A DNA stretch of 64,000 nt, from contig JBHGNT010000021.1 of NCBI GenBank assembly GCA_043228905.1, forward strand, positions 1,302,001 through 1,366,000, read 5' to 3'. A program made the translations under genes and the position numbers. The notes under the pieces were generated by a model. The model saw only the letters and a list, made by a program, of their open reading frames with translations, was not told the origin of the DNA and did not search any database. Origin of the DNA: Azolla caroliniana. Taxonomy: Eukaryota > Plantae > Polypodiophyta. This document shows positions 1 to 11,029 of the stretch, piece by piece (the stretch's first letter is position 1; every line of letters begins with the position of its first letter).

Positions 1-134
1 ATACTTTCATACAGTATTGATCTCAAGGATAACATTTCTCTCTTTGTTTTTTTCTTTTCTTTTTTTCCAAGTGCTTCTAATGATTTTTTGTTAGACTTGA
101 TCTAATAATGATCTCCATTGACTTGATGGAACAG

Positions 135-3100
135 TATGGACTGGCACAAATGTATATGGTGACAAAGATGCAGAGAGAGAACACTGGTGATGGTGAGGGA
201 GTGGAAGTACTGATAAACAAGCCTTTCAAGAATGATGAGTTTGGGGATGGTCAATACACTTTGAAAATCTATCATTTGGAAAGGCACAAACCATTCCATT
301 CCATTAGAAAGTGTTTATTGTTTGTTTACTCTCTTTGATGTATTAATATAAATTATTGGAATGGTTTCACTAGGTATCATAGGAAGTTTTCTAGAGACAT
401 CAATATACCATTCTTTCTTTCTTTGTATGTTGATCCTTTTGCTTATCTACTTTTGTTCGTTGTTAATTGCAGTAAGTTTCCGTCGTGGATAACTGCCCTA
501 GCTCCACCGAATTGTCTGAAAATTGAGGAAGAGTGTTGGAATGCCTATCCGAAATGCAAAGCAGGTATCACCATTGTTGCATTCTCACTCATCTTTTCTA
601 ATGCCTAATAATGTATATTTGATCAATGGTTTGGCTATAAACACCTCTGGATAATGTGTAGTTTTCTAATTAATTTTTTGCAAATTAGCGAGAAAGGGTA
701 TTGTATATCCTTTTCTGAAATGAATAGATAAAGAATATTGGAAGAATTTCATATTATTGACTACAAAATGCTGAATTGACCCATGAGACCAAAGGATTGT
801 CTCTTATGAAATGCCAAAACTGAGGTGTCTTCAGTATGACCCTTCTGAAATGCCAAACTTGAGGTGTCTTCAGTATGTCCCTCATTGGATATTCTAGACC
901 ACAAGCATGACCTCCATCTCCTATGATGGGCAATGGTGGCGTTTACCTTTTTAAGATAGTGAGGTTGCAGACGATGTCCCTGAGGTGATGGCCATTTCGT
1001 GCGAGAGAGTGCTGTGGCTCTTTCAAGGGAAACTCTTCTATGGTGTAGCAAGAAGAGTCCCAGATATCTCTGGTTCCTGATGTCTATGTATTCTTGTTGG
1101 GATCCAAAGCCAAAAGTACAAATTTCCGATAATACACAACCACCAAGGTGTCAAAACACTCTTTTTCTCTTGTGCAAGCTATAGGAATGTCATCCAAAAT
1201 CTCGGATGGCTAGATTCTAATACTGGTATACAAACTAAGGATCATCTAAAAAAGTCAACACTCTATAGGAAAGGATTGTGAGTACAATATCCTAAGATGT
1301 ATGTTCACACTTGTATAGTTGGAGGCCTTAAGGATCTCTAATTGTTGGCCATCTAGGGGGTGTGTACACACTAGGAGGCCATAGAACATAAAATAAGATG
1401 TAAGATAGGAACAATAAATGTTCATCAAGGTATTTGTAGTACCTAAATAGAATGACAATGGTTGTTAGTCAATTGGCCAATATTTATGTGTTAAAAGTTT
1501 AATGGGTGGATAAGGACATGCCAAAACATTTATAAAATTTTCCTAAAGGGTGCGTAATGTATCAAGAGAGAACAAAGAATGCATCATAGTGTAATTTATT
1601 GATAATCTTATATTTATCTTCTTCCATACGCTTTGTATACTGTCATGCTATTCTAAAGATTGCTTATTATGATATATGTATTCTTTCTGGTGTCGTGAAA
1701 CTGAGGTTTCATGATATCAAAACAATGTTAAAAATATTGGGAAAGACATTTTCCATCTGGAGCTTGTGACAAGGAATGTGTATGATTTATAGATCGTGAA
1801 TCATACTTCAGAAGCCCAAGGCTCCAGAAGTATCTTGATGCTAGCTTCAAGATTTTTTAGGAAAAAAATATAATTATATCGAAAGGGAAAGTTCGAAATA
1901 AAATAAAACCATTTTGTAATTTTTCTTAATTTTGAAATTATTAAAGAAAAAACGCAACCACCCCTACATGAGGCGGTTTGTAAACCGCCTCAAGGAGGGT
2001 GGCAGGGCAGTTGAACCCCGTATAAAAGCCACTCCCATGGTGGCTAAAGGGGAGGGGGAGAAGAGGACGAAGAGAGGAAAGCGAGGAAAGAAGCTCGCAC
2101 GAAGAGAAGGTGCAGGATGCAGAGGTCGCTCAAGAAGATGGTGGCCTGCGTAATCCAAGACAAATGCCAAGTGAAGAAGATTGGTGAAGTGATTTCTCTC
2201 AAACACCTCTTCCCAAATAAAGGTCGTGAGTTCAAGTCCTGCCAAAACAACTTCTTTATGGTAAACAAGTTTTGCAGAATAAAAATAGTAAATATAAAGA
2301 CAAAGAAAGTTAAATCAATAGAGAAAGAAAAGAGTTGACGTGGTTGATTTGATAAGCGTTACTTCCAAGAGGGGAGAGGCTAAATTTGAGTCTTGTCAAA
2401 TAACTTTTGGCAAACAAATATTGCAAGTGGGTTTTTACAAATACAATTCTTTTTGCGACAACGTTGCGTCTATCTTGCCTTCTCACCTTCTTGTCATCGC
2501 AACATCTGCACGATCATCCCTGAGTCACAGAACCCCGGCGGTTGCGACACACAACCACAATCTTTATGACACTGTAGTATCTCGTACCCCAAATTGGCCT
2601 ATACTTGTTGCTAATTAATGTTAATTTCAAACTGCTTGAGCATCATAATTAATTTTCACTCCCCCTGTGATCAATGGTAAATTTTATGCGATATAGGTGA
2701 GTCTACATCCTACAGTCGGGACCTGGTTAAGCAAAATCATCAAAAGAGGAATAAGTAAGAGGTTGAGCATGGGCCTTCAGGTAGAACACTGCTTGAAGAA
2801 CCCTCCCGGTGAATCATAGTAAATCCCTTGAGTAGATAGTCTTGTCTTACAGTTGTTGTTTATACAACATTTGGGGATGGGAGTATATAAAGCAGCAAAC
2901 TAGCATATACATAGCTGAATCTCAAGGCATCAACCCGATAAGGGCCAAAAATACTACTATTGTCACTCAAAATAATAAGATGGTGACACTCAATCTCGAC
3001 TTTAGGGACATGTGATGTTTGGATATAAGAGAACAAGGAGAGTCTAGATCTATAAAATGGAAAACACGGAGAGGAATTTTCTCTGGGATGACAGACTTAT

Positions 3101-6100
3101 TTAAAGAATACTTAAAAAGATATTTCTCAAGGAAACTTTTGTATGTACTATATTACTACATGTATAGACATATTAAGATGTTACATATAATTATGTGTTA
3201 CATATTAAGATGTTCCCTAACATGGGCCAATCCAAAATGGAGAGGTCTCCAAAGTGAAAAAGTCACATTCAGTACAAGGTGATAAGGTCCTTGATTTTTT
3301 AGTACAAGTGTGATGAGGCAGTGATCTAATTGGATATGGCATACAACCAAATAGAATTCTAATAGAGAGCTTAAAAAAAGTACTTCCTTTAATGAACTAT
3401 ATAATTAAATATATCATTCTAAAAAGAGAGCTAATAAATGTTTTTTTTGACATTGAATGACATGTCTCGTGGATTATCCAGTGTTAAAGGTACTTTTATA
3501 GTTTTATCTCCAGGATATATTTGTCTTTTGTGGTATTTTATTCAAACTGAAGTGTCGTAAATTCAGTGTACATATTTTACTAGATTCAAGATTACTATTG
3601 ACACGGTGCATGTTGCCGACAATGGGATCTCACCAAATGTGAGTATATAGTTTCTGATATCTCTACAAGTCACTTAATCACCTTCCGTTTTTGAGATTAT
3701 GATGCTGTCAAACTTGAATCATTAGGTGCACAATTTGGATGATCGATCACTAGCTTTGCGGAAAGTGGAAAAGTTGGATATAGCTTCTCCATCTTCTTCT
3801 TATGACTATTGGAACTACATGATAGCTGGAGGATCCTTGACTGACCTATCTTCATTTTGGTCCAGAAAGGCTGAACGAGGGCCTTTATTACCAAATTGGC
3901 AGGTGAGAAATCAATATTTGTTTGAATGCAACATGGGGTGACCTTTGTCATTGGGTGTGTTGGATCAAGTTTCTTAATAAGCAATATTTTCTTCATGTAA
4001 TTTTGATGTTCTTTTGTCTTCTTGCCTGGTTTTCTAATATAGTATTATAGCTCATAAATGTGTGATCCTATAATCCTATTGCGTACAAGCATACTAACAT
4101 TTTACTTCAGACAGAACCATCTTTGAACTTTGTGCGTTCCTTAATTTGGGCCTGTAAATATATTGCTGTTAAGAATGTGATTTATTACTTTTCCTTAATG
4201 TGGTTCCCTAAAAGTTTAATGCAGCGAAGAGAGTGTCAACGCAACCCCTTTGAGCATTCCAAACTTCTAGCTGAGAATTCATTAGTATTCCAAACTACCA
4301 TCTTGAGAAGGTTTCTGTGTGAGACAACTCTTCACGCTATGTGAAGCAGAAATAATTTTTGCAAAGGGATTTCGAACCCTAGGACAAGTACTTGTCCTCT
4401 ACCAGTTGAGCAAATTTATATGCCCTTGAGAGCTTACAAGCTCAATTAAATGTTCTTATCAACTTCTAGTACGCTAACTGAAGCAGAAATCATTTTTATG
4501 AAGGGATATCGAATCCTAGGACAAGTACTTGTCCTCTGCCAGTTGAGTAAATTTATGTGCCCTTGAGAGCTTTAGAAGCTCAATTAAATTTGCATAAGGA
4601 AACGGCCTCTATGATGTGTAACATTCCATATCCTAATCATCCATAACAACTGAATGACACAATTTTGTTCTTGTATGTATGGGTCTTTCTGTGCTTTCCT
4701 GCATACACATGTTGAGCGAAGTATCATTTTTCCTAACAAGAAGGATCAACAGTGAGATAATCTCATAATGTAATGCTTTGATTGTGGGGTAGGTCTCTCA
4801 CATGGTCTTTTGTAATGAGGTTGCCTTCTGGAGGGCCAAGTTGAAAAGTCTTATCTCGCTGTCCTATCATTTACTGTGAAAGTGCTACATCCTTTCAGAA
4901 TAGGGTGTGTGCTTGAGATATCTCTACATACTCTTCTGGATCAGAAGTCCAAGATGCTTTACAAAGGACTCCTCAAACATTCTCTTTCTATATATCAATA
5001 TATTTTGTGAGCAGTAGAATTCAGAATTTTGGTTTTTTCCTTCTAAAAGCATGTTTGCCTTTGTAGGAAACATGTAGTCCAGTAATGACCGCGTACAAAC
5101 TAGTTACAGTTGATGCCCAATATTGGGGGTTCGGTTATCGGATGGAGCAAGCTTTGCTTGGGGTAATGTATTCTTGATCTCTTAAATCACACATTAATTT
5201 CCTTGCCGTGGTACCAGATAAGGTATAATCACACTTTTTTTGGCCTTGTAACCATACCAAAGAAAGATGTGAGTATGCTTATGTTTCATTCAGTAGTGTT
5301 TCAATCAAATGTGTATTTAATGTAATGGGTAAAAACTTTCCAGGCTGAGAGAGCACTCTTCTTGGAGAGCCATAAGCGATGTTTTTTATGGATAGATGAA
5401 TGGTTTGATCTTAAAGAAGAAGATATAAAACGTTTGGAAGCTGAAAATGACGCACTTCTAAAAAAGGTAAATTTTCAGAATGTTTTCTCTTCTTGGATTT
5501 CTACAAGTGTTTTTGTTTTTGCTAGTTTTGTTGAGGAAAATTGCTACAGTGCCTCAAATCTCAAATGATGTGAATGTATAAATTACATATTCAATACTCC
5601 TTAAGTCAATCTTGGGAGTTTTTAATCATTGAAATGTAATTGTGATATCTTTTTTATTATCAAATAACACATGTATACATAATATTTAAGTTGGGACTTG
5701 ATTAATTGGCCTTGAATGATACTTAAAAAGGACACATAATACTTAGAATAACACAATTTGTTTACTGATCAACACCTAGGAAACTGAGTTTGTAAGTTTT
5801 TCTCTCCATCAAAGGGCACTCAAAATGAGTTCCACTTCTCCATTTCATCCCATCTATATCCCAGTTAAAGTCGTCACATATTACAAACCCAGCATTCCTA
5901 ACCATCGTTACAGCTATTTATTATTCGCATATTTTCAAACATTTCATTGTAAGTTAGTACAAAAGCCCCCCGTACACAATATTGTGAATACAATCCCAAA
6001 TATTTGTCCAGGCAACTGCAGATGAGTGGTTGTAGCTGAAATAAAGAAAGGTGACTATGCCTTCTCCTTGAGCATCCTTCAAACCTATCCTGTATATGCC

Positions 6101-7317
6101 TTCCCTGTTGATGTACCTATTCAATCTCAAAACGAGCCTCTAATTAATATTTTGAGGTTACAGGAGTAGAATCTATCTGTGTACGATGCCTTTTTGTGGG
6201 TCACACATGCATTAAGCTATTCAGCCAGTGGCACATTTCTTTGCATTTGTCAGAATATTTTTGGGCTTTCTGGACAATACATATTGTCTAACAACTGACT
6301 GCAATACGGTCAAGCTATGATAGTATATTAAGAGGGGGTGATGAGTGTCACACTAAAGAGAACACCTAGAAGGTAGAGCTTATATGTGTATGCTTTATTC
6401 ACACATTGAGACTTGGTGCTTCAAAGTATGAATATCTCTTCTTAGGAAGGAGACACATTAAGAAAAAATTTGTACTTAGCTCCCGTAGGTAAAAATTTTG
6501 TACTTAGCTCCCATGGGTCAAAATATTGGTCTCTCTATGGACACTAAAAATATCTATCTATCTATCTTATATTCTTGCTGTGTCTCAGAACTGATTGAGA
6601 ATCATATATGGTTTCTTTCATTGAAAATGTTCTTATAGTGAAGATGGATATATTGACTTTCTGGTTATTTCATCTTATTGCAAGGTTTTTACCTCACATT
6701 GAGGTTTACCATCAGTAATATATAGGTCCTATGCATGTGGAAAGGTGCAAAACCTCAATTGAACTGTGTAGACTGAAGGAATAAGGAGCTGAGCTTTGAA
6801 AGATGAACACTGTATGTGCACGTTTTTTATAGATATTATATGAGCAATACCTAGTAGATATAATTTTAACCATCAGGATTACATAACTAAGTTTACGGTG
6901 TTATTCTGTCATTCTGCTCAGCTCGCTTAAGTATAATCCCTGTGTAGGCATTATCTTCATCTCGAGCCACTTGTTTGATTCCATGGATTTGTTTTTTGTT
7001 TTATATTTAAGCGCAAAACTCATCAAATATGCTTTCTTGAAAAGTGTGTTAAGTTTGTTATATGTGATTCTGCTGTGGAAGGATTGTCCACAATTATAGT
7101 AAACGTTTTAAGGGTAGACTTTGTGTGTCTATGTTGTTTAGTCAAGAATATCATAAATATGTTATTATTTGTTTATTTTGGCAACTGCCAAATTCTGCTG
7201 CATGTTATAATATATGGTTTGTTTATATTTTTCCATCTTGTTTGCCTGTTTTGGCTACAGGTACTCCATAGTAGCTCCAAAAGATCAGAAACACAAGGGA
7301 AAGAGAATGGCAGCTAA
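135..7317 (+). CDS. Phosphatidylinositol transfer protein (START-like PITP/IP_trans family), 5'-incomplete, multi-exon
   Basis: Exons read by eye: 135-283, 473-564, 3482-3489 (microexon), 3567-3638, 3726-3902, 5067-5162, 5344-5466, 7261-7317 (stop). Phases are consistent. Spliced product contains PITP motifs AQMYMV, GEGVEVL, GQYTLKIYHL, EECWNAYP, RGPL..NW, MTAYKLVTV, YWGF and FLWIDEWFDL. First exon(s) lie upstream of the window. Confidence 0.9.
807..884. repeat. 39-bp tandem duplication in PITP intron
   Basis: TGAAATGCCAAA(AC/CT)TGAGGTGTCTTCAGTATG occurs twice, at 807 and 846. Confidence 0.75.
1691..2549. mobile_element. Possible solo-LTR relic in PITP intron
   Basis: Begins TGTCGT and ends GCGACA (imperfect inverted termini). 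Internal TATAAAA at ~2021 followed by a GA-rich tract. No TSD found. Confidence 0.3.
4342..4589 (-). repeat. Tandem pair (~137-bp period) of tRNA-derived/SINE-like units
   Basis: Copies at 4342-4451 and 4479-4589. Minus strand of copy 1 reads TGCTCAACTGGTAGAG (A box/D arm), then the palindrome AGGACAAGTACTTGTCCT, then GGGTTCGAAATCC (B box). Confidence 0.65.
6423..6550. repeat. Short dispersed repeat, copy 1 (copy 2 at ~61105-61205)
   Basis: AAGTATGAATATC..TTCTTAGGA.GGAGACACA...TTTGTACTTAG.TCCCATGGGTCAA.AT.TT.GTCTCTCTATGGACA is shared with 61105-61205. This copy has an internal ~30-bp duplication. Confidence 0.7.
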
Positions 7318-8339
7318 TTCTGTTAGGATGAGGTTGATGATTGCTTTTATTCGTTAAGTAAAATCATGCCTTTCAAAGAAGGGTTGCAAAATCATTGCAA
7401 TTCTTTGGTCAAGAATGTTGGGAAGGAGCATTATCATTTTTCTTTCCAGCTATACGTGACAATTTTTGCATGCTGTATTGTATCCCAAAATATGACCATT
7501 TGATATAACACATTCTATATTGTGTATTATACATGTATCAAATCTGCATTTCACTATTCGATGATCTGATGGAATTGTAATTTTGAACTTTAAACATATG
7601 TACAACGCATGTATTTTACTCATTTCAAATAACTTCATCTCCTTATAGTTTGAAACTTCCTTTCAAAGAAGCTTTCAAGGTTAACCCTATCATGTTCAAA
7701 GGAGACTGAAACAAAGGTGTCAGAGAAAGAATAGCAACCAACAACCGTGGAAGGTGACAATGCACTTATTTTGATAGTATGCCATTTGTTGCTGTAAATA
7801 GTTTTCTTTGGCGCCTTCTTTTGTTTCTGATTGGACGTAAAAGATATATTGTTTTTAGTATTTACCATGCCAACCTTGATTTTTGAATGCCGTACATCTA
7901 GATATAACATACATCTTTTAGAATATGGCCTGGAAAGATTAAATTCTGAAAACATTTAGATTAATAGTATTATAGAAGTATTTGAGAAATATCATTAACT
8001 TGTCTTGTGGTTGGGGGGAGTGGAAAGTGATTATTGGATGGTGATTACACACTTCAAAGCTTCCTTGGCCAACTAGGGGCTATATGTCTTAGCCCGACTA
8101 GAAATAAGGAAAGAGGGGGAAACGGCAACATCACATAAATGTGAATAACTACATAAAAAAACATAGATATGATAATAAAAAGGGAATAGCCAAAATGGTA
8201 AGGCTATAGGCTATGTAGAAAGGGGTGTAAAGTCAAGTATGGTCACTAGTAACTACATAAAGGAATTATCCATTTACATGTTTTATGGAAAAAGTCTAGG
8301 TAAGCATTAAATGTAATTGATGGCACCTCTATCAATATA

Positions 8340-9081
8340 ACAAGGGGAGTGGAGGTTTCATTTTGGCGTTTGAGGGTTTTACTAGCTCAAGAGGTCATCC
8401 ATTTTCTAAATTTAGGGTTTTTTCTTTTTCTTTTTCTTCTTTTTTGATCTACTTGGAGTTTTAGGGTTTGGGAGTGACTGAGAGTGGAGTTGGACCACCT
8501 CTCCTTCTTCTCTTATTGTTTTGGGGTTTCTTCTCTGCTACCGAGCCACCACAACGTGTGGGCGTGTTCGAGGAAGGAAGCTCAAAGTGACACAAGGACA
8601 TTATATCAACATAGGGCAACATTGTCATTGATCATAAATGAGGCCTCTTCGATGCCACAAAGTTTGGGTTATCACTGGAAGCTTCATTGATGTCATTTGT
8701 TAACTTCACTTGTAGTCACCTTGGTGACCCTATTGTAACCATTGTTACCATCATTTGTGGGATTTTCTTGTTAATCATTTTGTGTTTTGGTCGTTGTAGT
8801 GAGTGATTGATTGAGTAAGAGAGTGTACTGTGAGTCCAGTGAGCCCTTGAGTCTATCGAGCCCTTTCTAATGAGCCTCAAGATTAGCAAGTCGTCAAGTC
8901 TAATGAGCCCCCAACTCAAATTGAACCATTGATCCTAACAATGCTATCTCACAGGGAATCTACATGAGACGGCTCACGATAGGGTTTTAAGTCTTACCTC
9001 ATATCATCACACCCTTCCTAGTTCAAGTGGTTCTTCTCGAGTAGCATATCGCACGGTGTTTACGTGACAACGGTCCCTACA
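8340..9081 (+). mobile_element. LTR-like dispersed repeat relic (inverted homologue at ~47560-48010)
   Basis: GAGAGTGGAGTT..ACCACCTCT and GAGGAAGGAAGCTC.AAGTG.CACAAGG are shared with the reverse complement of 47750-47925. Ends ...CCCTACA. Boundaries are approximate. Confidence 0.5.
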
Positions 9082-10386
9082 TGTAATTGTCCAAGGCAAA
9101 ATACAATTATAAACAACCGTAATTCTATAACTGAAAGTTGGTTGGTTGGTTTTTAAGATACTTCATTAGTATTAAGAAATGCCCTAAGCTTGTAAATGAA
9201 GATACGTGCATACATGTAATTACCACCATTTTTAACCGAGGTTAAGTTCTAATTGTCAACTTAAATAAATATTTTGGTGTACATTAAAACCATTCCAGTG
9301 TGTTATCCAAAGAACCTCTTAGATTATGCACAATCTCTCCCCAAATCCTATTATTGTTTCTACAAGCATTTCTTTATATTTTAGAATATCATCAAAGCAC
9401 CAAGCCTTCCAAACGTACCAAATGAGAATAATACTTCCTAATTGCCATCTTTCAATTTTCCTAGTCTCTATTTGTGGATTTAGGGATATATTTTATTTTT
9501 GCACCGCCATGTCTCGCAGAAATATTTAGTATTTGGAATGGTCACACATATCACATTGTGATATATAAATAGCGTTAGTAAAAGAACATTGTTGTAGTGG
9601 ATGAAGGTATACCCATAAACATCACATGGGCATTATCATCATGTGAACGCACTGTTATTTGGTATAGGAGGCTAGATAGCCCTATAAATGCTTATGTCAA
9701 TATGATTCTTGTTTAGCACATGATGGATTCTAGTTGTAGGCTACATTGGTCTAATATTAAACTAGTGTTGGGGCACCAATAAGCTTAACCAAGGTATATG
9801 GCTTGAGTTGAGATTGATGCACATGTATACTTCATTATGCTTCTTTAGTTTGCCTCATGTTTTGTATTCAGACGGCTTCATCCTATGAAGAGTGTGAAAA
9901 GTGGTATATAAATTTTCTATTATCGTGCCACTCATCTAATATATTGATGGAACACACTTGTTTTTCGTATTTCTAAATATTATTGTCCCATGATCCGTCC
10001 TCTATAACAATATGCCCAATGTGACCGAATGACAATAAGGTAATGAGAATATACTTATATACATGCATATATCATGGACATGACATGCTGTGAAGTTTTT
10101 GCATGTGTTTCGAAATGTATTTTGTATAAACATAAAAAATATAGGTGAATGGCCACATGCATACATGGTGCTATAGACATGAAAAAACCAAGATGGCCTA
10201 CATGAAAATTCCAACTTAATCTAAAATAATAGTATTCTATTACAAATTTATGAATATAATATTATGCTTTTGATTGATATTTATGCATTTACTATGTTGA
10301 ATAGGTTCTCCTCTATTCTGATGGCTTAAGCAACCACTCATTGATACTCAATGGTGTTTGTTCTGTGCATAAACATAATGGATCAT

Positions 10387-10450
10387 TGTAAAGAATCAAG
10401 AGATGGATTCTTGTGAAGCGGAATAGGTGTGAACTGTGTGTGTATGTGTG

Positions 10451-10495
<45 letters not shown>

Positions 10496-10778
10496 ACGCA
10501 AGGTTAAGTATACTAGCAAAGGAGAAAGACCCAACATTATACAAGGTGGGAGGAGGGTGCTTTATGTAGTCACCCTCTCTCTTCATTAACTACAAGCCTC
10601 ATGGAGCATGGGGAATGTGAAAGCTCATAAGTTATGTGTCATAGAATATGATTCTATGACTCATACTAAATGCTAGAATACAAAGTGGTGACATAATGGT
10701 GACTCTTGACCGTTGGAGTGTCTCTTCACTCTCAAGGTGAGTTCACACACTAGACCAAGTTGAGCTTGATTCTCAACA
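10387..10778 (-). repeat. Copia 3' LTR
   Basis: Near-identical to 15494-15873; contains a (GA)n tract; adjacent to the PPT. Confidence 0.95.
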
Positions 10779-11029
10779 CGCCCCCTCAAGCTCAAGTCGG
10801 GTCGGTTTCAGACGGTATTCGAAATCCGCTTCAATTCACGTTCGGGAGTCCGCGTCAACTCGCTTTATGCGGAGTTGCGGAATCCGTGCTCCAGCTTGCA
10901 TTGTGCGTAGTTACGAAGTCTGTGCTTCGGCTTGTGTCTTTCTTCGCGGTTTTGCGCGGTAGATCGGCTCTTTGTTGCTACGGTGTGTGGTTGCGGAATC
11001 TACGCGTTATTGCGTAGTGTCTTCAGTAC

